DNA of 63,608 nt, counting the filler, from Choristocarpus tenellus KU-1152 (Eukaryota > Protista > Phaeophyceae): the NCBI GenBank assembly GCA_964200185.2. It is 8 parts of 8 records of this genome, joined end to end, with 100 filler letters (N's around TTAATTAATTAA, not from the genome) between each part and the next. Parts side by side here need not be neighbours in the genome. Positions count along the whole stretch, not along the records: positions 1 to 13,486 come from CAXNAD020001476.1; 7 more parts are not named here. One strand, 5' to 3'. The notes beneath the pieces were generated by a model. The model was not told the DNA's origin and made no database searches. It was given only the letters and a program-made list of their open reading frames with translations. This document shows positions 1 through 10,900 of the stretch, one piece after another. The position numbers and the translations under genes were made by a program. Within the stretch, counting starts at the first letter, position 1, and every line of letters starts with the position of its first letter.

Positions 1-46
1 TGACCCCTAAATGGACGCGGCTCTACCCTCTAAGATTCTTTGGCTC
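1..46 (+). mobile_element. Right end of a family-A MITE, truncated by the window edge
   Basis: CCCTAAATGGACGCGGCTCTACCCTCTAAGATTCTTTGGCTC matches the right terminus of the full copy at 3804-4062. Confidence 0.85.
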
Positions 47-899
47 GTACGAAATTCAGCTTACACACTGATCCAATAGAGAAGTGATGGCATCACTCAG
101 TTACGAAATTGTGCACAAGGTAGGTATAATAATCTGAGGAGAGGATCACTGTGGAGGACCCATGGGGGGGACGATACTTGAGAGAAAACAATGATGTATA
201 TATTGTTAATGATAGTAAGTACTGTACTACTTGGTACATCCTTGACCTATAGAGGGAACAAATCATATGAAGTGTGTGCTGGGGTTTGGCAAACACACCG
301 GGCAGACCGTCAAGTGCTTCTCAGCCAGAACCCATCAACCTCCCTCCTGTTGAGCAAACTTATTTTCTGGTTCCTGTATGAATGATTCCAAGGTTCGCTG
401 AGAGGTGCAGCAAGGTGGTCTTGCCGCAAAGGGCGAACGAACGGGTTCATCTTTCCGAAGAGCTGGAGGTTCTCAAAAGCGAAATCCTCAGACTCAAGAC
501 AGACACAAAGGTTTAGGCGGCGCTTCCAAACAAGTTGACACTCTAGGTTTCTGCTATTTTTCACCTCTGTCTCGTCTGTGGTAGTTCTTCCGATATAACT
601 CTTCCTCCCCTGGCTTGGGTGCATTTACTCCCCCTGTTGCCCCTCCCCCGTACTTCACATCTTCCTTTTCATAGTAGCACACCTTCTCTCCTAAACTCAT
701 GTTGGACTGTCCATTCGTTTGCCTTGCCCTGTGTCTACACCTTAAATCACACACCTCATTATTGCCCCATCTCCAAATCCCTTTTCCTCAAGGCATATAT
801 CCAGCTCATTCTCGCAAGAGATGCCCAGATCCAGGTGATGCATGAGGAAGCAAGACGAAAAGCGGAGCAACTAGAGGTGATAAGATGATTAAGGCCAAT

Positions 900-1660
900 C
901 AAAAGATCATACGATCACTTTCTCTACGTCTCCCACTCCCCCCAGAATGTTGGACGCTGGCCCAGTTGTGAGCATGCCCGGAAAATATCAGTGACAACAA
1001 TCAAGATCAGGCTGCCCTAGTAGATAAAGTCATATGACATCAGCTGGTCTATCGGAAGTAGGGGTCTTGACAGTTTGGTGGTTAGATCACTGCTTGATAG
1101 TTTCTTTAAGCACCAGGAGGTGTGATACACTTCCTTGCTATGTGAAAGACAGAACGGCTGTCGGTCTTGTACAGAAGTCTTACGTATGACAGAGAGTCAG
1201 AGTAGGTACGAGGAACAGTTCAAGTGCCCCATTTTGGGGGGGAATATATGGAAAAGTAGAATAATCCATAGCCCTTACCCTCTTCCAAAACCTTGCTGAA
1301 AACCAAACGAATTTCGAAAGGAAGCAGGACATCTTCTGGTATAGGTGCCGAGGTCATGGTGGTACACAACGTTTTACAAACTTGCTACAATAGACAGGAG
1401 AGGGGGACACCATGTCAATGATGTGCCTGCACTAGCATGCATCTTCTGACCCGCAACGAACCCATCCTTTCACCACTTGTAAGCTACACAGAATATGCGA
1501 TGTCGAGATTGACAGGGTAGGCGAGATTGTGGGGCAGTTGCACTGTGTCGGCTAATATGGAACAGGTCAACCTTGCTCTCTTGAGTGTTAATTATGGTAA
1601 CCGTGTGTATGAGCCCTCAATGAAATTCTCAATGATGTTGTCATCATACATTCTACACCA
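900..1660 (-). mobile_element. Decayed non-LTR (LINE) reverse-transcriptase relic inside an intron
   Basis: The minus strand gives, in the expected order, VNLDIAYSV (cf. FxDLxKAYDSV), VSPLLSI (cf. LSPLLFNI) and YDFIY*GSLI (cf. FxYLGSxI), broken by stops and frameshifts. Confidence 0.4.
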
Positions 1661-3039
1661 TCCTTAAGCTCAACCAATGCCTCCTGTCCATCCCCGCATT
1701 GTACTTATAGGGCAGTCTAGTTTCAAGGATCTGACAAACAGTACAGAGAGTGAAACATCTCGTTTTTGTCCTCTACTACGTAATCCTAACCCTAACCTGA
1801 TGATCCCATTACCAAAGAAGAAACTCTTCTCGGTCTTTGGTTTCTGGCATAGGGCCAAATGTGGCCTCCAGGACTTTGTGTTTGAAGGAAACACGTTTAC
1901 AAGCAGCTGCTGACATTGCGTTCATACTAATGCACACGCCAAATGTCAAACTTCTACTCTGTGAGATCTGCAAAAGCTATGAATACTTCTGAGTAGTGCA
2001 CCTTTTTATGAGGATGGGGCATTGTCTCTTGTTCCTACTCTTCGTATTGTGCGCAACCAATACTTGAAAAAAATAAAAACCTCTTCTTAACCGTGTACAG
2101 GAAGTGGAATCTGCGTACTCCTTTCAAATGGAAAGGGAGTTAACAGAGGAATGCGTTGGGGTGTGCTCAGAGTTGGTCAGAGACTACCTGGATGGGAGTA
2201 TTGAAGCTGAGGAGACTTTTGAGGTATACCAACTGGTTGGAAGTAGTTAATTTAAATTTGAAATAATTTGAAGCTGCTAGTACCGCAAGAAAACCTTTTA
2301 ATTGTGCAGTTGTGCCTTCAAAGCCTTTAATTTTTTTCAAAGTTGCCCTGAGGTTGGTCGCGTATACTACACAATGACTTGTGCTCAAATTCGTGTGCTC
2401 ACTATGCCTCCTGTAGATCTGCTTATTCCAGTAAAAAGGAGAAACGCCTATTTACTCGACTCATCAGCTTGATTAGAAATATTTGCTTCAAGAGATGGTC
2501 CAAATGAAGGTATAGAACTCCATACAATCTGAAAATGGTTCAGTATGGGATAGCTTCAATGTCCACAGCCCAAATGGGGAATGGGAAATGAAATGGGTCA
2601 TCCTATTTTTAACATAAGAATGCAGTGATGATGGCAATGTGATATACCATTCGTGTGAAGCTGTATAGATTCAACATATTGCTACCTTACAGCAATCGCT
2701 CCTCACACTTGGCAGGACCTGGACCGCATTTCTTCCCTTGAGTGCTGCCGACAGCTCAAGGATCTACTACTGGTAGAGAGGTCCAGAACACCCCAGGAAG
2801 CAACTGTCACTGCTTCAACAGTGAATGAGGTGCAGTGGTTACTTCGGTTGATAAGAAAACTGACCAGGGTAGTGAAGAGCCTCAATAGTGGACAATTATA
2901 TCTCACCTCCTATGGATTTCGCACACTTTAATATTCCCAATGACCAAGTTAGCAGTCGACCCCATACCAAGGATGCATCCATACCTTCAATGATCTCAGC
3001 ATTCAATACCCATAGCTCATGGGTTCCCCTTTTGTGTAG

Positions 3040-6000
3040 AAGATGGGCACTGAGACTGCTGGCACCACAGCTGGAAAGACTGAGCAATGTCAGTCAAGTC
3101 ACAGAGCCAGTACTGAGATAACCAAGACTCCCAGGGCAGGAACAGTGGCTGGGGAAGGTGCAAGAGCAGGTAGTATTAACTCCAGCAGTGATGTAGTAAT
3201 AGAGTCCTGGCCAAGACCACTGAGAAGCAAGGGCAGGGGCATCGCGATGGGGTCAGGGTTAAACGTGGAAAGGGGCGCTCATTTCCGCCCTCAGCCCCTT
3301 CTTCTCCCCGAGGAAGCGGTGGAGAGTGGAGGACTTGGGTCAGACAACTGGACTAGACGAGAGTCTGATAGTAGATGGGGGGCAAGTGGTGCTACTCCAT
3401 CCACCAACAGGCTAGGTCAGGAGCCCCTGTTATTCCCTCCAGTGGATGGAGTGAGCGAAGTTGCAGCCTTTAGGTACCATGAGCTGCTAACATCTGGGGG
3501 GTTCTTTGTGAAGCACGGAAAGTTTGGCAAGCCCCATGTACGCTTTGTATGGCTATCCCAGGACCTGGGTACCATCATGTGGAGGTAAGGCAAGTGCAAA
3601 AAAGGAAACGGAGATGGGTGGGAATGAAGGTATTAATAGTCAGTATGGAGTTGTAACCCGATGGAATTGCTGGGGATACCACTACCAGTGGTGTGATCAA
3701 GGTCACAATATATAGTTGGGATTGTGTGCCATGTATTCTTCATCCAGAAAAGAAGCAAAGTGTGGCACGATTGAGTTTGGATTTGATATACCCACGGCTA
3801 GGAGAGTGAAAGTATCTTAGAGGGTACGAGTTTTTCCCTGTTTGTCCTTTTGGGGCTTGGCTTTCCACTTGTTTTTAATGACATTTTACCTACTCCAAAA
3901 TGTTTCGGAGTACGTAAAATGTATATGTTATGAAAAGGTGTGTCCGGAACAAGGATATTGACATCTCCTAACAAACATGATAGCCAAAATTACCTCAAAA
4001 TTGCAACATTGGATTTTGGCCCCCAAATGGACGTGGCTCTACCCTCTAAGATACTTTGGCTCAGGATTGAACTAGGCTCTTGGCAATCTGGACATATATT
4101 TGTCCCTGGTGTTAAGGCACAGCATACACTAGAGTATACTTGAGTTTGAATATGTCTGAGTAGACACCAACGATGATATCGAGCCAAAGTATCTTAGGGT
4201 TAGGGTAGAGCCGCGTCCATTTGGGGGTCAAAATCCAATGTTGCGATGTTGGAGTGAAAGTATCTTAGAGGGTACGAGTTTCTCCCTTTTTGTCCATTTG
4301 GGGCTTGGCTTCCCATGTTTGTTTTATGACATTGTCCTACTCCAGAATGTTTCGGAGTAGGTAAGATGTATACATTATGAAAAGGTGTGTTTGGAATAAG
4401 TATATTGACACTTCCTACCAAACGCAATAGCCAAAATTGCATCAAAATTGCAACATTGGATTTTGGCCCCCAAATGGACGTGGCTCTACCCTCTAAGATA
4501 ATTTGGCTCGTTGGTGTAATTTTGGCTATCGTGTTTGCTAGGAAGTATCAATATCCATATTCTGGACACACCATTTCATAACGCATATATTTTACCTACT
4601 CCGAAATATTTTGGAGTAGGAAAATGTCATAAAAAAAAACATGGGAAGCCAAGCTCCAAATGGACAAACAGGGCAAAACTCGCACCCTCTAAGATACTTT
4701 CAATCTATCAGCGACCACAATTGCAACCAATTGGCACGTTGCCTCAAGCACATAGACAAGGGATCAAGGGCAAAAGATGAACAATGCTCCTCGCAGCAAA
4801 ATACCCTCACTGACCACCCAATCCCTACACATCCACATCCATAATATATCACAAAGTCGTAGATTATCCATCATGTCAACACGATTTGTAAAACTCCTGC
4901 ACCTCACAGATGTGGCGGCCAAAAGGGAGTGAAGGGGTCAGTTTCCACTGATACTTTCAACACTGTTGAGCTGGGACAGTGCCTGGATGCCGAGGGGTCA
5001 AGGTGCAAGACAGTAATCCCTTCGTCGTCTACAAACTCCTCACTTTCCCACACAGCTTCCAGCTTCCTCTTTTCGCCTGTCTCTGCCTCGACAACACTAG
5101 CAATGTTTTCTCCCCCCAGACACCGAGGCAACACCATGAAGCAGATAATACTATCTGAAAGGGTGGTCGAGGCAGGAGGGATGGGGAGTGGTGGGCGAAG
5201 GCTTGTCCTGGAGGTGGACGGGGGTCGAACAGCACAGTGGGACATATTGAGAAGGGATGAGTGGTTTGAGGTGAGGTGTATCCGATTGTCCTGTTACATT
5301 TCTCAGTTTACACTGGGTCTCGCTTGGCTCTCTATCATCAGACAAGGAGCACCTGCTTGCCCAATTTTATTGTTTTTTCGAACTTTTTTAGAAATCAGCT
5401 GTGCAAATTACCGCAAGACCATTCGAATCATTCTAAATGTCTCTTGTATAAAGGTTGTTTGAAGACAATAGCTCTATGTTGTGAGAAGCAACCACCCCAA
5501 AAAGCAACTAAGTTTACACCACAAACATAGTTGTAGCCATTGCTCGAAGCGTATGAATAGTTGTATCTATTGTTAGATACACAAGCCCTTAATGACCCAA
5601 AGCATTTCAGAGGGTAGGGCCGTGTCCGTTCAGAGTCATAAATCCCAATGTTGTGATTTTGATGACGTTCAAAGGTTATCCTGTTTGTTAGCAAGTGTCA
5701 ACATCCTTGCTCTAGACACACCTTGCATAGTTCTGTACATTTTACCTACTCTGAAACATTCCGGAGTAGGTAAATATGTTCACAGAAAACCGAAATAAGA
5801 GCATAAAAAACATGTGGGAAGCCAAGCCCCGAAAGGACAAATAGGGTAAACTCCTACCCTCCGAAATGCTTTGGATCATTGGGACCTACCTAATTGTATA
5901 GTCTGGACATTCTGAAAACATTGAGATAGCTGATCCGGAGTGTGTGTTTTCTTGTTCTGGTGACTTGAATAACCCTATTGGTTTGTCATCGACTAGTGGC

Positions 6001-8979
6001 ACTCTTTCTAGGGGGGACACTCTCTTCACAACACCTGTAAACTCTCTGCACTCCAATGGCTATCACACACCAGCATAGCTGATTGCGGATTTCCTCCTCC
6101 TGCTGCTGGCAACAGAAAACCTTCTGCCACTGAACCAGTTTGCTCAATATCGTGGGAAGAGCTTTGCTCCCTACATAATATGCCCATATTCTTTTCCCCT
6201 TAACGTAGGAGCTGATAGCTTCCCCACCCATAGACCTTACTTTACCAACCGCTCCTCTTGGTGTAACTCTCAGTACTATTGCAGCCAACACCCACGACTA
6301 TTTCTGCGACTCCTAGGTGGAGTATCTGTACCCTTACCAACTCCCGATGGGTACGATTGCCTAGCCTCCTCCCAGGTTATAGACTTTTCTACTCCCTGGC
6401 AGCATAAAACTCTGAGCTTTGTTTCCATGATCAAAAATATTTTCCACTTTGCACCCTGGCAAAGCCTCCCTGAGAACAATCACTCGCCTTTCCTACCTCC
6501 CCCCTGACAGGTAGCCCTCTGATAAGCCACTTCTAATCCTCGGTATTCCTCCCTATCTCCTCGACAGAATTTGCCTTCCTCATTGGTAACCCTAGTGTCT
6601 GTTACTTTCTATTGGTCATTGGTAATCTCAGCTCTTCTTTCGTACTTCTATTGCTCTCCACCCACCAATCACTCAGACACATGCCCACTCTTGTATCTAA
6701 CCTGATGAGGAGTATCCGTATTCCCTTCCCAAAATCCACCACTTGTTCAATCATTTCCCCCCATATCAAGTATGTTCTCTGCTAGCATTCCTCCATTGGT
6801 TTGCTTTCTTCTATACTTTCATTTCCTCTCCAAGGACCCAAAGTATCTGGGGGGAGGGGGGGGGCTGTCTACACCAGGGTGTCCATTTGGACCAAAACCA
6901 GGAAAAGTGCACTTACATTATCCATCCGATGTATGCAACTAAATCACCAAATAATCGCGACAGGAAAAAAAATGACCCTAAATGGACAGCCGCCACCCCC
7001 CCCCTGGATACTTTGAGCCAAGCCCTCCTAATATTTATTCCTTTGAGGTTACACCCTTTTCACATATCCTTGAAATAATCGCAAAGATCAAGACCCTTCG
7101 AGCTTTAGACTACTGCAACCTGATCATGGTGCTCCACTTGGCTATGCAAATAGAATGGATGCAACTAATGCAAAGGGTGACTGATACAAAACTAATGCAT
7201 TGACCCACAAGATGTGCTTTGCATGAACAGGAAGACATCTTGCGAGGACCGAAACCAAAGGGAAGCGCATTGTGGTTGGTGGTAGAGCTCAAGGATTTCA
7301 CAAACAAGTCAAAGCATAGTAGAGGGTAGAGACGAGTCCGTTTGGGGCCAAAATCCAATGTTGCAATTTTGATGTAATTTTGGCTATCGTGTTTGTTAGG
7401 GGATGTCAGTATCCTTGTTCCAGATACACCTTTTCATAGCGTATACATTTTGCCTACCCGAAACATTTTGGAGTAGGTAAAATGTTATTAAAAACCCATG
7501 GCAAGCTAAGCCCCAAACGGACAGAGCAAAACTCGTAGCCTCTAAGATACTTTCACTCAAACAAAAGAGCATTGTACATCTACAACACTTCTTGGCGTGC
7601 TTAAATCATCTCTCATCCTCCCTCTACACTATCCATCCATATGTCCCCATCACCTCCACCCCGTTTCATTGTCCCCTCCCCAATTCTCATATATGATGCC
7701 TCATTTATAGGCCTTCCGATATGCAGTCAGCCTGAGTCAAGCTGATTGGACCCATCGGGCTGCTGGTTCTGCCATGGCAAACACAGAGCGCTCAGCAACC
7801 ATGCAAGTGAAAGGAGGAGAAGAAGACGTCATGCTGGACCAAGAAGACCAGAACATGCAGGGTGGTAACCTTGTTGAGAGTGCAAGCACTGCTGGGGATA
7901 TAGATTTCCACTGTGAGGACTCTGGCCTGGACACCATTCCTCAATCATCAATTGTTGAAACAAGGGAGGAGGGCGCATGTGAACTTGATGGAAATGTTCA
8001 AACCGGAGGTGAGAAAACAGCGGATGATGGCGAAATCAGCAGCTCCTGCCCGCACAGGCCTCTGGCATCCCCTCAAAGTCCCCCTCCCCGAAGTATCTTA
8101 TTTCCGCCATGGAGATCCAGAAGTACAGGAGATGGTGAGCTGGAGGAATTGGCCAGGGGTGAGGACATGAGCTGCAGAGACAAGGCTTTTGTGGAGGCAC
8201 CAACAGACGACCACCAAACCCCCTCATGGCTCCGCCTGGCCAGGTCTGCCCTGGCTGCAGCAAACCTGAGTAAGAGGACCAAGGCACTGGCAATGACAGA
8301 GATCCAGCCAGGTGACTGCACCTCTGGAGGCGTGCTCCATGCAAGCGAATTCAACACTGGGAACATCAGATTTGGCATTGGGCAGGAATGGCGGGAAAGG
8401 ATGACTGGCGGGGACAGGGAGTCAGGAAAGGAGGGAAAAATCGAGGAGTCTGATGTGGAAGAATCAGTTACATCCCCCTTTTCTCCAGGTGCAAGGGACA
8501 TAAGACAGTATCCTGGAAGATCCTGGAGGGAACCTGTGTCCTCTTTTTCATCACCAACCCGAAGGTTCACACCAGTTCGACAGTTTTTGCAGGAACTACC
8601 CTTAGATAATGATGGCGAGAGGGCCCTGACAGCCGAGGAAGGCCAAGGGGACTACTGTGTCAGTTGCAATGTTAGTCGCCACACATCAGCGATGCCAACG
8701 GAAGTTTCCCCGCCGCCAAAAAATGGTAAATTTGATGAAGCTAAACAAGTAGGGGAAACACAGAGTGGACAGCATCGAGGCTCAAGGTTGTTGCAGATGG
8801 TCGCTGCAACCGCGGCAGTAGCAAGGCGTGGATCCCGTCGGAGCTGGAGTGGGAGCCACGGAGAAAAGAAAACTGAGGACAAGAAAATGATGATTAATGA
8901 TCCAGGATCACCCGGTCCTAGGGGTGTAGGACCTTCCTTGGCAACAGCTGCTTATCCCTTTGCCGTGCACTCTACATAG
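3040..8979 (+). CDS. PH-domain protein (PLC/Mcp5-like PH), 3' exons, with a long acidic/Ser-rich disordered C-terminus
   Basis: Phase-compatible GT-AG exons 3040(or 3043)-3584, 4910-5270 and 7711-8979(stop) give LLTSGGFFVKHGKFGKPHVRFVWLSQDLGTIMWR|CGGQKGVKGSV...RRLVLEVD...RRDEWFE|AFRYAV, which spans PH beta1-beta3 through the C-terminal Trp helix. Probable upstream exons at ~793-877, 2101-2223 and 2693-2829 could not all be phased. Confidence 0.75.
3804..4062 (+). mobile_element. MITE family A (259 bp), 4-bp TSD AGGA
   Basis: TIRs GAGTGAAAGTATCTTAGAGGGTA / TACCCTCTAAGATACTTTGGCTC; AGGA at 3800-3803 and 4063-4066; no coding capacity. Confidence 0.93.
4181..4705 (-). mobile_element. MITE family A, outer copy (TSD TATC), containing a nested copy
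   Basis: GAGCCAAAGTATCTTAG... to ...CTAAGATACTTTCAATC; TATC at 4177-4180 and 4706-4709. Confidence 0.9.
4252..4509 (+). mobile_element. MITE family A, inner nested copy (TSD GTTG)
   Basis: GAGTGAAAGTATCTTAGAGGG...CCCTCTAAGATAATTTGGCTC; GTTG at 4248-4251 and 4510-4513; the outer element resumes after it. Confidence 0.92.
5594..5877 (-). mobile_element. MITE family A, diverged GAC-terminal subfamily
   Basis: TIRs GACCCAAAGCATTTCAGAGGGTAG / CTACCCTCCGAAATGCTTTGGATC; the internal TTTACCTACTC...GAGTAGGTAAA palindrome is shared with other copies; the TSD is not clean. Confidence 0.8.
6835..7019 (+). mobile_element. MITE family B (185 bp), 3-bp TSD AAG
   Basis: GACCCAAAGTATCTGGGGG...CCCCCTGGATACTTTGAGCC, flanked by AAG on both sides; homologous to 29183-29361. 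Confidence 0.88.
7306..7558 (-). mobile_element. MITE family A (TSD AAAC)
   Basis: Reverse-complement copy ending ...TCTAAGATACTTTCACTC; AAAC at 7302-7305 and 7559-7562. Confidence 0.88.
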
Positions 8980-9349
8980 TTGTTCGTACTTCTTAGGACT
9001 TGAGGGTGGTGGTGAGGAGGATAAGTGTAGTGGTCGATGGGGTGTGGAACAGAGGATGTTCGACTGTTGAGTCTTTTGATTACTGTAAAACTAGGAGAAT
9101 GACTATAGATGTTGAGGTGAGACCAAAAGATACTGTGTTTGGTGTTGTGACTAGCCACTGTTGTGTTGTTGTACTTGGACCTCAAGGACTTGACCATAAG
9201 TTGATGTTCTATGCTGAACATACATGTTAGATATCATTTTGGTGTAATATAATACTACTGCGTAGTACTTCAAGGAACATATAAGGTGTACTTGGAGTAC
9301 ATTACAGTGCATATATATTTACTTGAAAATATGACCTTACAGCAAATTT

Positions 9350-10900
9350 CTTCTAAGTAGTGTATTTCATGCAGATCATGTGTTGTTGGTACAGTCCAAT
9401 GTGAGCACCACTCATTGCTTTCTTGTAGCCTCGTACCATGAGCTTCCCATCAGAGTCCAGCATTTGTATGCAATGGGAACCCTGCAAGGTTAATGTATGA
9501 ATGCCCAAGACCTTCAGAGGTCCAACAGGGTCTTCACAAAATTCAAGAGCAAAACGCACACAAAGGGATGTCAACACGATCAAACAGACACGCTTCTTAC
9601 TGCACCAAAACTGCCAATCAATTATTCCCAATGTAAAAGGCACTCGACGGAATATACGAAGTGAAAAATATTTGGCGCAAGACCGTACTCTCGAGGTCAG
9701 AAACAACATCTCTGTAATCTCATTCACAGTGTTGTATCAAGTCTATCTCGCAAAAGATAGGGAAGACATAATCAATGATGGTAGCACTCCAAGCAGGGCA
9801 GCAGAAGAAGGAAGGAGTATGATGCGTTTTTAAAGGAAGATTCAATGTTGAGCAGCAGATACGTTGCAAGTGTTACCAACCACACCAAGTACTACGCACA
9901 ATTGCAGCTCCGACTGAGGATACCAATAGGTGGCTTGAGGAGGATCATAAACCAATTAGACTCTCTTGCATTATTATTGTTTTGCGGTCCAACTGTTTCG
10001 AACTCCTGCTTTTACTTCGAAGTATGTATCAAGAAAGAGAGGCGGTGTTGGGCATAGTGGCAGTACCAAAACGGTTGGAAGGATTCGAGATCTGGAATTC
10101 CTTTCTGTCCGCTACACCAGCAAAATGGTCGAGTATCAACAGGTGACTTCAACTGTATCATGAAAGTGGTGCGCATAGTGGAAAACAGCAGGGTCACCAG
10201 AAGACTGAAGGATCCGAAATCGTTTTTTTTCCGTTTCACCCGTCAAATGGGTACAGGATCCATGCGAAGACAAGTGCTATCAGCATCCATGTGCCGCACC
10301 TTACTTGGTGACATGAAGAGAAACCATTCCCAGTTGGATTAGTGAGGTTTTGCCAGAAGCACTACCTACGGGAAAAAATGGTTTTGGAAATGAAATAATG
10401 CGGCATGTTGTCCAAGGTCAACAACTGCTGGATGTATCTTACATCAGCACAAGTGACCTCTTGTGGGAATAGGGGCACACATGACTATACGTAGTTGAAC
10501 TCCTACCATAATTTGAGCATAATGACTCAGAGCCACGTGCCCACATGATCAGGCCAGCACTATGGGGTTCCCCCCCTTACAAACCAATTTGCCTTACTGC
10601 AGGGCACGGATGAATACAATCGCTGGGTTTGCCGTACTTATTTGGCGCAAGTGGTGTGCTGCTTGTGCTTTGCACTTCCCATTCATTCATTGCTCCTGCA
10701 AACACCACCATGCAAGAGAGAGTAAAAACGCATTATGATGACAGATCTTGGATTGTGGAAGGGTTGATCCTTTGCACCCAACATAAAAGCGAGTGTGATC
10801 ATGCGGAACTCTTCCGAATCGTCGCATCACCCATCAACAAAGTAGTCCCTCGCTTTATAACAACGATTTGGTAGACTAACAAAGAATCCTTATCTTAGAC
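9350..10900 (-). mobile_element. Decayed Ty1/Copia pol relic (pre-integrase, integrase, start of RT)
   Basis: The minus strand shows Copia order (integrase before RT): GKLV (pre-integrase Zn region), RYIQQLLTLDN, DHFAGVADRK (cf. PQQNGVAERK), then LDSDGKLMVRGY (cf. DG..KARLVARGY). Many stops. Confidence 0.55.

Noticed and set aside
3940-4844. Repeated short ORFs (e.g. IATLDFGPQMDVALPSKI) as a peptide gene family
   Set aside because: They are chance translations of non-coding family-A MITE copies.
5950-6800. Possible gene or retroelement (similarly 11280-13330, 28400-29150, 49250-51900)
   Set aside because: Probably very old retroelement debris, but I could not read diagnostic motifs well enough to call them.
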